Of a stretch of 64,000 nt of DNA, positions 1-9,376 are shown piece by piece; position 1 is the first letter of the stretch; each line of letters opens with the position of its first letter. The notes beneath the pieces were generated by a model, which saw only the letters and a program-made list of their open reading frames with translations, was not told where the DNA came from and ran no database searches. The DNA comes from a virus: IMG/VR virus record IMGVR_UViG_3300028829_002760, positions 32,001 to 96,000 of that record; one strand, 5' to 3'. The position numbers and the translations under genes were made by a program.

Positions 1-444
1 AAAAGGTAAAAGGTTTCTTAGGTAGATACCTGCTCCTACACCTATAATTAATACTAACCACCACATTCTACCAACAAATCTTAAAAAGGGACTTGATTTG
101 TTTTCGATTTTAGTCTGCTTTGTTTCTTCTTTTACTACTTGTACTTTAGATTTTTCTCTAATTCTAATAGTATCTCTAATTAACCTATTTTCTACTCTAA
201 TTTCTCTAATTGTTTTAGGAACATATATATCTTTATAATATATAACAGTATCTTTTTGAGTATAAAAATGTTCAAATACTATTGTATCATTTTTTATTAC
301 AGGTATTGAGTCAATAGTTGTAATAGTAATTGTTTGAGACTTATCTGTAACTTCTAAACCTTTTTTAATTGCTTTATTGTAATGCCATTTAGCAGAACAA
401 CTAGATAAAAGTATAGATATAAAGATTAAATAAAAAAATTTCAT
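1..444 (-). CDS. Lipoprotein with C-terminal TM helix, candidate unimolecular spanin (3' end runs off window; not in ORF track)
   Basis: Manual translation: MKFFYLIFISILLSSC (lipobox, Cys16) ... MWWLVLIIGVGAGIYLRNLLPF; frame open to position 1; next to holin-like genes. Confidence 0.6.
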   Translation of the reverse strand, partial: MKFFYLIFISILLSSCSAKWHYNKAIKKGLEVTDKSQTITITTIDSIPVIKNDTIVFEHFYTQKDTVIYYKDIYVPKTIREIRVENRLIRDTIRIREKSKVQVVKEETKQTKIENKSSPFLRFVGRMWWLVLIIGVGAGIYLRNLLPF

Positions 445-560
445 ACCTCCCAATATATAAACACTAAGTCACACTCTGATATAATTTCAGTTATTTTTTC
501 ATCCATGTTTAAAAATTAAATATACAAGTATTATAGATAATACTGTTGCATATGATACAA

Positions 561-779
561 TCAATCTTTTTTATTAATCTTAAAAAGATTCATAAACACT
601 CCTTCTAATAAAGTATCTCGAGCAGTTAAAAACACCCATCCTAATATTGCTACTGAAGCAGTTTCCATAATAGAAACATCATATCCTTTGACTTTACTAA
701 GTACATACATAGTAATTGCTGTAAGCATTAATATAGCACCTATTGAAGTTGTTAACCAATTTTGCAAACGTTGTTTCAT
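561..779 (-). CDS. Small 2-TM membrane protein, holin-like
   Basis: Two hydrophobic segments and a basic C-terminus; lysis-like context. Confidence 0.5.
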   Translation of the reverse strand: MKQRLQNWLTTSIGAILMLTAITMYVLSKVKGYDVSIMETASVAILGWVFLTARDTLLEGVFMNLFKINKKD

Positions 780-783
780 GATT

Positions 784-1083
784 TTATTTTTTATTAATTT
801 CTGTAGTTAGTTCATGAATAGCTTTAATTATACGCATTTCCATGTCTCCCATTTCTTTTTTAAGATCTGATACAGAGTTTTCATTTTTTTCTCTATTGTG
901 TTCAACAGTTTTTTTAAGACTAGTAATTCTTAATTGAGCTGTTTTTATATCATCTTCCATGTTTGATATTTTAAGTTGCTGCATTTCTACAGAACCTTTT
1001 AGCTTAAACCACACACCTAACGCACTAACTATTCCAGAGATTAGAGCTATAGTTATTTCCATTGATATTTTAAACCCATCCAT
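784..1083 (-). CDS. TM-anchored coiled-coil protein (lysis-associated?)
   Basis: N-terminal TM (ITIALISGIVSALGVWF) then heptad-rich helix; ATG 1083 preferred over 1137 because it avoids overlap with the upstream gene. Confidence 0.5.
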   Translation of the reverse strand: MDGFKISMEITIALISGIVSALGVWFKLKGSVEMQQLKISNMEDDIKTAQLRITSLKKTVEHNREKNENSVSDLKKEMGDMEMRIIKAIHELTTEINKK

Positions 1084-1097
1084 TTTTAATAATTTTA

Positions 1098-3746
1098 CTA
1101 TTCTCTTACTACAAGTTGATAAGAAGGTATTATACAATCATTAGGACCACCAGAAGCAATTCTTAGTTCTAGCTTATCCCCATTATTAAATAATGTTCCA
1201 TAATTTATAGCAACAGTTGCTTCTTGTAATACAACAGCACCTCCTGAATCAAGTTGTACTGAAACTTCACTACCAGGTAACTCTACAGGACCTGTTCCAG
1301 AATCTTTCCATAATGTTACACTATATGTATCATCATTACCATTACTGTTTATAGTTACTGATGCATGTATTGAACAATATACTTGTTTTGTTCCAAAATA
1401 TTCAATTTCACCACCAGTAGATGTGCCAAATCTTACTGCAGCTTGAGGAGATACGGTAGTAGCAGTTATTGCAATAGGGGTTAAACTTGCAGCTGTTAGA
1501 AGTGCATTATTATTTAATGTAGCAACTATACCACTTGTTGAATTTAATAGTCCTTGATTAGCAAATATATCATAGCCATAAGTTGCACCTATTGAATATT
1601 CAGGTAAACCAGTTAAACCTTGTGGTTTAAATACTTTTCCTGTTGTTAGTCCTACATTTATAAAAGCACTTGATGAAATTGTTCCAAAACCAGTAGTAGA
1701 TGCATTATTAATGTCAATACCTGCTTGTGTCTGTTGTGGATGTATTATTCCACCATTTATATTTACTGCTCCAAATCCAGGACCCCCTGCATTGTCTAAT
1801 AGCTCAATCATTGATGCAGTAGAGTAACTAGCAACTTCCCAATCAACTCCTATTGAAGTGCTTGGTTGAACACCATTATTTGTCAATGCTTTATAAAATG
1901 TTGGCCCTTCTGTTACAATATCTCCTATAGAATAAACAGCAGGAGTCCAAACTCCTAAACTATTAGCTATGTTTGTTTCATCAAACCATCTTACATACTC
2001 ACAAGAGCTTAACTGTAATTTAGATACATTTTTAAATTGACAACCTATGGTAGTGGCTTTAATATACCAAACAAGTGTATTCTGAATATCAACTAAATCA
2101 AATCCTTCTATATACCAAACATCAAAACAGTTTCTAAATTGACAGTTAATAAGAGTTAATACTTTATCTCTTCCTGAATTGTATTCAGCAGCATCATAGT
2201 TAATTGCTCTTAATGCAACTGTACCTGCTGTGTCATTAGTTGATGAAATTTTAAGATTTGACATTTCAAAACTTTCATCTTCAACAGTTATAAGATCACC
2301 AACTGTATTTAGACCTGTAAAATTTAAACTATCTTCATCTCTATTCCAGCCCTTTATAGATATACCAGGACTATCAACTATTAATCTACCAGTTATATTT
2401 ACTGCTCCTCTTACAAAATAAGTAGTATTTGAAGTTAATACTCTTGCACCACCTGGAAAGCCTGGACCAAAATCTGATTCTTGTGAGACCTCAATCATAT
2501 TAGCCCCATTAATTGTTGATGTAAATACACTTCCAGGTATATCAACAGTAACTTCAGGATTAACTCCACCAAGTGAAGTTACTGTACTACCCTCTCCTGT
2601 AAAGTTAATTCCGCTAACAGAAGGTTCTATACCTACACCATCTTCTTTAATTTCTAATAAAGAATCTATAGATACATCAATTTTATTATTTAATGTATCA
2701 TCAACAGCATCTACTTTGGTATTTTTACCATTTAAAAAATTAATTCTTGCCGTATCACCTACTACATTGTCATTTTCTAATATATCTACAGTAGCTACAT
2801 TAGTACTAGGTCCATATCCAGTTGATAATTTTATTTCATCAAATGCTATCTCTACAGGATCAAATCCTGATAAATTTGGCCATAAAGTAAAGTTGATAAA
2901 TCCAATAGTAGTACGAGTTGCCCGATTTGCTGCAAATAAAGCTGTAGGTATACTAACTAACTGCCATTGACCAGTTAGAGTAAAGTCACAATAATTTTCA
3001 AACCTTGCATAACCAATATAGTCTGAACTTGTCACTGAGTTATCAGAATACATAAATATATACCCTCTTTGTTTACCTGCAGCTATTATATTAACTGGTA
3101 AGTAAACCCAAAAACTTAATTGAACATAATCATCTCTATTAACAGGTGTACCTGTAGAAAATCTTATACCACGAGTAGAACCGTACCTACCTATTTCAGC
3201 AAGAACACATTCAGTTCCTTGATATGGAGAAGGTGTTAATGATGAAAAGTTTGCAGTATTATTAGTACCATTAGTAGAAGGAGTCCAATCAGGAGCTGAT
3301 CCTTCTCTATAGATATATTCTGTAACTATATTAGGTGTAGTTGCATTAGTCCCAACTAATATATATTGTACTAAAACTTGATCTTCTCCAATTGCTGGAG
3401 TAATTGGAGTTGCTGCTGGAGTACCTTGAACAACAGAAACTATTTGCGTCTCATCTACAACTATAGCATCAAATCTAGGATTTGCAGGATCACCTACAAG
3501 AAGAGTTACTGAAGTAGGTACAGAATTATACTGTACTCCTGCAATAATATATACTAATGCTGATACATCAAAATCTAATCCTGTACCAGAATAAACAGCT
3601 CCACCAGATATTAATTGATTACCACTAGGAGTTCCAATACTAACATCTGCTAAAGTTGCATATGCATTTGATAATGATGGACTATTGGCAGAAATAGCTG
3701 CCTCATAATTTTCATTAGGTAAATTTCTGTCTATATTAGTCTTCAT
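1098..3746 (-). CDS. Tail fibre/spike-like virion protein (882 aa)
   Basis: G/T/S/N/V-rich beta composition; carbohydrate-binding-like segment (LSFWVY...WQLVSIP...FDEIKL); beta-helix-like region; late module. Confidence 0.6.
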   Translation of the reverse strand: MKTNIDRNLPNENYEAAISANSPSLSNAYATLADVSIGTPSGNQLISGGAVYSGTGLDFDVSALVYIIAGVQYNSVPTSVTLLVGDPANPRFDAIVVDETQIVSVVQGTPAATPITPAIGEDQVLVQYILVGTNATTPNIVTEYIYREGSAPDWTPSTNGTNNTANFSSLTPSPYQGTECVLAEIGRYGSTRGIRFSTGTPVNRDDYVQLSFWVYLPVNIIAAGKQRGYIFMYSDNSVTSSDYIGYARFENYCDFTLTGQWQLVSIPTALFAANRATRTTIGFINFTLWPNLSGFDPVEIAFDEIKLSTGYGPSTNVATVDILENDNVVGDTARINFLNGKNTKVDAVDDTLNNKIDVSIDSLLEIKEDGVGIEPSVSGINFTGEGSTVTSLGGVNPEVTVDIPGSVFTSTINGANMIEVSQESDFGPGFPGGARVLTSNTTYFVRGAVNITGRLIVDSPGISIKGWNRDEDSLNFTGLNTVGDLITVEDESFEMSNLKISSTNDTAGTVALRAINYDAAEYNSGRDKVLTLINCQFRNCFDVWYIEGFDLVDIQNTLVWYIKATTIGCQFKNVSKLQLSSCEYVRWFDETNIANSLGVWTPAVYSIGDIVTEGPTFYKALTNNGVQPSTSIGVDWEVASYSTASMIELLDNAGGPGFGAVNINGGIIHPQQTQAGIDINNASTTGFGTISSSAFINVGLTTGKVFKPQGLTGLPEYSIGATYGYDIFANQGLLNSTSGIVATLNNNALLTAASLTPIAITATTVSPQAAVRFGTSTGGEIEYFGTKQVYCSIHASVTINSNGNDDTYSVTLWKDSGTGPVELPGSEVSVQLDSGGAVVLQEATVAINYGTLFNNGDKLELRIASGGPNDCIIPSYQLVVRE

Positions 3747-3749
3747 ATA

Positions 3750-4349
3750 TTAAGAGTTATATGTTATAACTAAAGATCCACTTGGACCAGCCGTTACTGT
3801 ATCATATTCAAATGTATTTGCAGAATAGAAATTATTAATACTTCCTGCATCCATGCTAATTGTAACACCTGCTGGAATAGTTTCAAATGAAGCACCCGAA
3901 TCAAATGATACTAATGTAGGTACTGAACCATTATTAAAAAATGATATAGAATAAACTGAAACTGCAATAGCTGTAGCTGCATCTCCTGTGGATGCAATAA
4001 AATTAGGAGTTACAGAAATAGGGGTAGCTGAACCAGAAGAACTTAAATAACTAATAGTACATCCAGAATAATCTGCTGGATCTGGAGTAATGCTCCCTGG
4101 TTCATAATATTGAACAGTTGTAAAACCCCCCGTTGTAGTATCAAAAATTCTAACTTCTAATCTAAGTATTTCTCCTGCTGGTGGTACTGGCCCTGCACAA
4201 GTTATACTTACTAACTCAGCTTCATATTCTTTCCCACCTGTTACGATAGAAGAAGCAATTTTATCTAACCCAAGTAATACCTTGTATTGCCAAGGCCAAT
4301 TATTACCTTTGAGACCACTGTTTTTTAAATCTCCAATGCTGTTTGACAT
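3750..4349 (-). CDS. Putative virion structural protein
   Basis: 199-aa beta-rich S/T/G-rich ORF 3 nt from the tail-fibre-like gene. Confidence 0.5.
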   Translation of the reverse strand: MSNSIGDLKNSGLKGNNWPWQYKVLLGLDKIASSIVTGGKEYEAELVSITCAGPVPPAGEILRLEVRIFDTTTGGFTTVQYYEPGSITPDPADYSGCTISYLSSSGSATPISVTPNFIASTGDAATAIAVSVYSISFFNNGSVPTLVSFDSGASFETIPAGVTISMDAGSINNFYSANTFEYDTVTAGPSGSLVITYNS

Positions 4350-4357
4350 AGCTTATA

Positions 4358-4597
4358 TTATTTTATGACTCTTACTTCACCTGTAGGAAGACTATAAAGA
4401 TCTCCTTTTTTTAATCCAGCTGCTAAAGCAGCAGTATCATTTGCATATTCTCTAGCCGATACTTTAATGCCAAAATCAAGCATAAATTTAGCTACTGATC
4501 TATTAAGGTATTGAGATATTTGAGTTAATCTTGATCTATATTCTGGCATTACACCAGTTGCATTATCATCATTTTCAAATTCTTTGAGAGTTGCCAT
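4358..4597 (-). CDS. Small hypothetical (structural?) protein
   Basis: ORF co-oriented within the late operon. Confidence 0.5.
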   Translation of the reverse strand: MATLKEFENDDNATGVMPEYRSRLTQISQYLNRSVAKFMLDFGIKVSAREYANDTAALAAGLKKGDLYSLPTGEVRVIK

Positions 4598-4623
4598 GAT
4601 ATAAATATTTTTTAGTTACTAAT

Positions 4624-4639
4624 ATAATATACAAAAAAA
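4624..4639 (-). promoter_or_regulatory. Candidate late promoter motif TTTTTTTGTATATTAT
   Basis: Near-identical motif at 6416-6432; both lie just upstream of minus-strand gene starts. Confidence 0.45.
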
Positions 4640-4649
4640 TATCTAAATA

Positions 4650-4679
4650 ACAAAATCCCCAGAGTTTAATCTAGGGATT
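4650..4679 (-). terminator. Probable intrinsic terminator
   Basis: Imperfect ATCCC..GGGAT stem followed by T-rich tract on minus strand; related hairpin at ~5428-5453. Confidence 0.4.
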
Positions 4680-4702
4680 CATATCTACAGTATTTAAGTA
4701 AT

Positions 4703-4900
4703 TTATAGTATAGCGGCACCTACAAAAAAGCTTATGATACACATTATTAAAACTATAAATCTAGACATAGTTTTACCATAATGATCTTCCTCATAAACAT
4801 TAGACATTTTATTGTAAATAGGTTTATTCAAAGTATCTTGTATAAAAAACAAAATACATAATATTATAAAGCTTCCTAAAAGAATAATAAATTTTACCAT
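4703..4900 (-). CDS. Small 2-TM membrane protein
   Basis: Two hydrophobic segments. Confidence 0.55.
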   Translation of the reverse strand: MVKFIILLGSFIILCILFFIQDTLNKPIYNKMSNVYEEDHYGKTMSRFIVLIMCIISFFVGAAIL

Positions 4901-5172
4901 ATTATAGCTATTGCATTATCAGGAATAAGAATTTTCATTTTTCCTTCAACCTCTACTTTTTCTCCAGTTTCTAAAGCATAAGACTGAGCATATACCATAT
5001 CCCCCTTTTTAACATCTTCTACTTCATTTCCTACAGCAAATACTTCTAAAGATTGCCATTTCTTCATTGCATCTTGCATCATCATTTCTTCATCTTTTTC
5101 AGAAATTGAAATACTTGATTTTTTTAATTCTGGTATTGTAACCAAAACTCTTTTTCCTCTTAAATTTTTCAT
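4894..5172 (-). CDS. groES: GroES-like co-chaperonin
   Basis: LRGKRVLV...EVFAVGNEVEDVKKGDMV...VEGKMKILI matches the Cpn10 pattern; 92 aa. Confidence 0.75.
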   Translation of the reverse strand: MKNLRGKRVLVTIPELKKSSISISEKDEEMMMQDAMKKWQSLEVFAVGNEVEDVKKGDMVYAQSYALETGEKVEVEGKMKILIPDNAIAIIW

Positions 5173-5187
5173 TTAAATAAATTTATA

Positions 5188-5376
5188 TTAAGCATCATAC
5201 TTTTGAAAAGAGCCTGGTTTAGAAGGTTTTAATTCTTGAGTATTTTCTGTAATTAGTGTGAATTTAATTCTTTCTAGTACACCTACTAAGGCTAGATTAC
5301 CGTAAGCTTCTTCATCAATTTTTATTTCTAAACCTGATTCTGTTGCTTCTACTGATAATAAGATCTTTTCTCCCAT
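5188..5376 (-). CDS. Hypothetical protein
   Basis: ORF with a promoter-like element upstream. Confidence 0.55.
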   Translation of the reverse strand: MGEKILLSVEATESGLEIKIDEEAYGNLALVGVLERIKFTLITENTQELKPSKPGSFQKYDA

Positions 5377-5396
5377 AATGCTATTTGTTGGTTCTA

Positions 5397-5404
5397 CAAA
5401 TATA
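5397..5404 (-). promoter_or_regulatory. Bacteroidota sigma70 -7 element (TATATTTG = TAnnTTTG)
   Basis: Exact consensus match about 20 nt upstream of ATG 5376. Confidence 0.5.
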
Positions 5405-5513
5405 TAAATTTTATTTGTTTAAACTATAAACCCCAGATAAAAATATCTAGGGCTTATATACAGAAATCAGAATGTATGGAAAATTAGATAGTGTAAATCT
5501 AATAAATTTTTTT

Positions 5514-6401
5514 TTAAATAGGAAACAATTTACTATCAACTTTTTTTATAGTCATAGGTTTTGATTCTTTAACTGTAAGCTCTAAAATTCTACCACCTAA
5601 TGGTTTTGGTGGAGCACCTCTCTCAACATGCCACCCTTTACTTCCATCTTCGTATTCTTCTTTATACGTTCCAGTAATGCAATGATGTATTTGTTTATGT
5701 TTTAATCTATATCCTGTATTTGCCCGATATTCTAAATCTTCTCTAACATCATTACGAGATGCATTCTCATGTATATGCCCCATAGAAAAAATATCCATTC
5801 CTTCATACATCTCTAACGCTCTTGTCAAATTAAGAGCCCCCTTGGTAACAACCCCTCCCCCACCAGATCCGTGAAAGTATTTATGTTTAAATGAAGCTGT
5901 CTTAGGTTTTATAGAGTTTTTCCTTCCTATATCAAGGGTATATACAATCCAGCCGCCATATCCTCCCAACTTAATATCTGTATTATGTTTAAGATTCATC
6001 ATTTGCACAAATCTTTTTAATACATCAGTTTCTTGCCACTTAATAATAGCAGTCTCATGATTACCATAACCTATAACTGTAATTAGATGAGCATAGGGGG
6101 CCCACCATTCTACCGCAGTATCCACAACTGAATCTAAGTAATGAGAATTATTATGTTCGGGGAGAATATCACTCTTATTCTTCCTATTATCTCCTCTACC
6201 TTGCATAAGACAGAACATATCCCCTACTATAACAATAGGTATACTCTCTTTCTTACAATAGTTTAAATGTCTTTTTAATAGTTTTCTGTCACACTTAGGG
6301 TTATCCCAATGTATATCTGATAGTATTGCTATGTATGCTTTATTCCCTGTAAGATATATATTGTGGACATTCTTTTGAATTTCTCTAACTTTCATTGCCA
6401 C
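5514..6401 (-). CDS. Calcineurin-like metallophosphoesterase
   Basis: SDIH, VGD, GNHE, FHG and GHIH motifs in canonical order. Confidence 0.85.
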   Translation of the reverse strand: MAMKVREIQKNVHNIYLTGNKAYIAILSDIHWDNPKCDRKLLKRHLNYCKKESIPIVIVGDMFCLMQGRGDNRKNKSDILPEHNNSHYLDSVVDTAVEWWAPYAHLITVIGYGNHETAIIKWQETDVLKRFVQMMNLKHNTDIKLGGYGGWIVYTLDIGRKNSIKPKTASFKHKYFHGSGGGGVVTKGALNLTRALEMYEGMDIFSMGHIHENASRNDVREDLEYRANTGYRLKHKQIHHCITGTYKEEYEDGSKGWHVERGAPPKPLGGRILELTVKESKPMTIKKVDSKLFPI

Positions 6402-6415
6402 TCATTTGATATATA

Positions 6416-6432
6416 ATAATATACGAAAAAAA
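6416..6432 (-). promoter_or_regulatory. Candidate late promoter motif TTTTTTTCGTATATTAT
   Basis: Second copy of the 4624-4639 motif, at the head of the minus-strand block. Confidence 0.45.
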
Positions 6433-6683
6433 GATGAGATTTGCAAAAGTTCTACTTCTATAGGAGGTTTGGTATATGGTCGTGTTGTATATTTGAGGTT
6501 ATGATGAGGCCTTAATAAAAAGACCCCAGGGTTGTACCAGAAGGTTGGTACCCCCCTTTGATTCTATCAGTCTTTTTATGTTTTGTTTCCACAAAACTTT
6601 TTTTTATGCTGAACAAAAAAAAGGTTCTGCATCACAACTAAGCTAACCCAACAACATCATAGTAACATATAAATATTTATACT

Positions 6684-6986
6684 ATGAAATTTAAAAGAAC
6701 AACTTCCAACACTGACTACGTCATTATTGTAAAATGCCCTGTTAAATCTCTTGAAGACAGGATGTACCAGGTAATCCCATCTTCAAATAAATATGATGAA
6801 TTTTTGTTAAATAAGAATTATATAACAAAAATCTTTGGAAAGAAGAAAGACTTCTTGTCCAAATATGAAGATGAATCTTCACACATCATATTTGAAATCA
6901 CCTGGCGTGCATACAAGCAAGGTGATTACAACAACATCAGCATTGATTCATTTGAACTCATTGATGATGAAGAAGAAGACGAATAG
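6684..6986 (+). CDS. Early hypothetical protein, acidic C-terminus
   Basis: First plus-strand ORF; follows a GCTAACCC motif. Confidence 0.65.
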   Translation: MKFKRTTSNTDYVIIVKCPVKSLEDRMYQVIPSSNKYDEFLLNKNYITKIFGKKKDFLSKYEDESSHIIFEITWRAYKQGDYNNISIDSFELIDDEEEDE

Positions 6987-7083
6987 TCTTCTTTTTTTTA
7001 ATCAACATCATTATCATCATCACACCTTCTTTTTGCTAACCCAACACTGAAACTGTAAACTAACATTATAAATACATACTAAG

Positions 7084-7446
7084 ATGGAACAAAAATTTAT
7101 TGACATTAACGGAAATCAGGTTATGGATCTTACACCTGATTATAACAGACCATTAGCATTGGTCGACTTACAAGTTCTCAACAAGTTAACTGATTTACTG
7201 GGTAAGAAACCCTTTAGTACTATCAGACATGAGTTGAGAAGCAAGATCATGAATACTGAAAACTTGGAAGAATTGGTACAGGTTACTGAAGACTTCACAG
7301 CATTTCATCAATCAGTAAACCTCATTAAGAAAGTTACCTCAAATGAAATTACTGAAGAAGAAGTAACTGATGAAGTACCAGATGAAGGGCCAATGGTAGT
7401 AGGTAGGATTGATCTTGATGGTGATATGGTATCTCCCATAGCTTAG
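7084..7446 (+). CDS. Early hypothetical protein
   Basis: ORF following a GCTAACCC motif. Confidence 0.7.
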   Translation: MEQKFIDINGNQVMDLTPDYNRPLALVDLQVLNKLTDLLGKKPFSTIRHELRSKIMNTENLEELVQVTEDFTAFHQSVNLIKKVTSNEITEEEVTDEVPDEGPMVVGRIDLDGDMVSPIA

Positions 7447-7471
7447 AACCACCATCATTATTAACTAAATA

Positions 7472-7505
7472 GAACAGAACAGGGAAATAAATCTCTGTTC
7501 TGTTT
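7472..7505 (+). terminator. Long hairpin AACAGAACAGGGA/TCTCTGTTCTGTT
   Basis: About 13-bp stem after the stop at 7446. Confidence 0.55.
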
Positions 7506-7580
7506 ATCATTCCCCTTTTTTTTGCTAACCCTTACCTGAGACTGAAACATTAATTAAATACATAAATTAAAAACAGAATT

Positions 7581-8039
7581 ATGAATACAAATCTGAAAGC
7601 AAAAAGAGTAGGAAACTACGTAAGAAAAGATGGAGACCATCAAGGGAAAACATTCTACATCTATGAAATCAATGGACCAAAAGATGAACTAGAAAAATTT
7701 GTCAAATCACCATCTCAGAAGAAGTGGCCGAGAAAGAACAAACTAACTGGAGCACCTCAAATCCACACAATGTACATGGACCCATTAAGAAAAGAAAATC
7801 CTCTATATGAGAAACAAGATGGGAACTACACATTAGATAAGTCAGAAACACGTGATGATTTAGGAGTACTATCAGCACTGAGAAATGAAGCACCTGAACT
7901 TGTGGAATCATTCACAAACAACTTAGCAGAAAGATGCTGGGGATCAGGAAAAGCATCATCAGCAACAGGAGCACTAATCTTGGGAACAACACCTGAAACT
8001 GAACCAAGTAAGGAAGCTGACCTGGGTAAGGTAGAGTAA
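7581..8039 (+). CDS. Early hypothetical protein
   Basis: 152-aa ORF following a GCTAACCC motif. Confidence 0.7.
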   Translation: MNTNLKAKRVGNYVRKDGDHQGKTFYIYEINGPKDELEKFVKSPSQKKWPRKNKLTGAPQIHTMYMDPLRKENPLYEKQDGNYTLDKSETRDDLGVLSALRNEAPELVESFTNNLAERCWGSGKASSATGALILGTTPETEPSKEADLGKVE

Positions 8040-8062
8040 AATCAATAACAACATGTTTCACA

Positions 8063-8101
8063 ATAAGGACAGGGTACACATTATGTGTGCTCTGTTCTTA
8101 T
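8063..8101 (+). terminator. Long hairpin ATAAGGACAGGGTACACA/TGTGTGCTCTGTTCTTAT
   Basis: About 18-bp stem with G-U pairs after the stop at 8039. Confidence 0.55.
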
Positions 8102-8443
8102 TATTATCATCATAAACATATCCTCTTATTTGCTAACCCTTCACTACATTTGGGAACAATACTGACGTATTGTTTTTTTTGCAGGATGTAAATAGATTAT
8201 TGTTAAATAATCTTGTGTATATTAATTTACCACAAGGTTATTCCTACAGAAGTAGTTGAAATAAGTTTACTCAAAGAAATTAACAGAAAACAATTGGCAG
8301 AAATCTGTTTATGTGTGTTTATGTTTGTTTGTGAGTACAAACCCCACTCAATATTCATTACTCAATAACATCTAGCATAATCTCATTATTACATATTATA
8401 CTATTAATATATATAGCTAACTTATAACTAAATACAAATAACA

Positions 8444-8671
8444 ATGGCAGGAAAAAACACTTACTATGGTATTGGAGATATTATACCTTTGCATCTTATA
8501 GAGACTATTAAGGATTATTATAATAAAGTAGGAACTAATAGCTTCTGGGATTTTATCTACCACGGAGGATTTGAAAATTATGCAATGGCATATATTCATC
8601 CGTGTGATGAAATGCGTGATACTCCAATGTTTCACGAAATACAACAAGCATATATTAGTGCTTATGTATAG
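8444..8671 (+). CDS. Hypothetical protein
   Basis: A-rich leader; co-oriented with the block. Confidence 0.55.
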   Translation: MAGKNTYYGIGDIIPLHLIETIKDYYNKVGTNSFWDFIYHGGFENYAMAYIHPCDEMRDTPMFHEIQQAYISAYV

Positions 8672-9005
8672 GAGATATTACTTAAAAAGTATCCAGAGAT
8701 TTGTATATAAAAATACTAAATCTAAATAATAGGAGATGTCTTTACTCCTTTCTTTAAAGACAATTAAATCTAATTACTTCATTCTAATATGCTGAATAGA
8801 CCTGACTAGTCTTTAATAAGAATGATTATGTAGTTTACAAATAGTAGGACGTACCGAGAACCTTTAGCAAGTTCTGTAGTCCCTTAGCCTTATATCTTTC
8901 CTATGTTGGTAGCTTAGTGGAAAGATTATATTAATTCCTACGAAGTTCTTTCTTATAGTTTACTAGTAAAGGTTATGCCTGTAGGTGCGTAATCTTTACT
9001 TATAT

Positions 9006-9074
9006 AAATTTATCCTACCTCAATTGTTTAATAGACAATAAATAGCTTGGGGAAGTTAGAGGTAGGATAGATTT
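9006..9074 (+). ncRNA. Predicted three-way-junction RNA element
   Basis: 16-bp closing stem (9006-9021/9059-9074) enclosing hairpins 9023-9039 and 9043-9058, with G-U pairs. Confidence 0.45.
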
Positions 9075-9376
9075 TACATTAGAAAGGCTGTAAGTGTTAT
9101 TTAACACATAGTAGTATTTATACTGCAACAGCGTATACCTAAGCAAGTAGATAAACTGCTTAAACTTCTTAAACCAAAATGTCAGTTCCTACTCTTTAAC
9201 TAAAAGAGAGATAAAACATAGATAATTTTTATAACTGTTATTAAGACAAGTCTACTGACCGTCAACAGTTCTGGTTTATTATCCGTGTTTATCATTTAAC
9301 TTGGAGAGAGATGAATAATAGTAGTCTCTCTCCATAATTAAAACGTTATCATTGAAACCAAATAATACATATATAT

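Larger units (their letters stand above)
6642..8139 (+). promoter_or_regulatory. Four intergenic GCTAACCC motifs (6642, 7035, 7524, 8132): candidate early phage promoters
   Basis: Exact 8-mer, once per intergenic gap of the early region; the first three lie 35-50 nt before an ATG. Confidence 0.55.

Noticed and set aside
959-2970. Plus-strand ORFs at 959, 2230 and 2716
   Set aside because: Antisense shadows of late genes
8305-8338. TGTTTATG-like short tandem repeat
   Set aside because: Short low-complexity sequence in an AT-rich genome with no supporting structure
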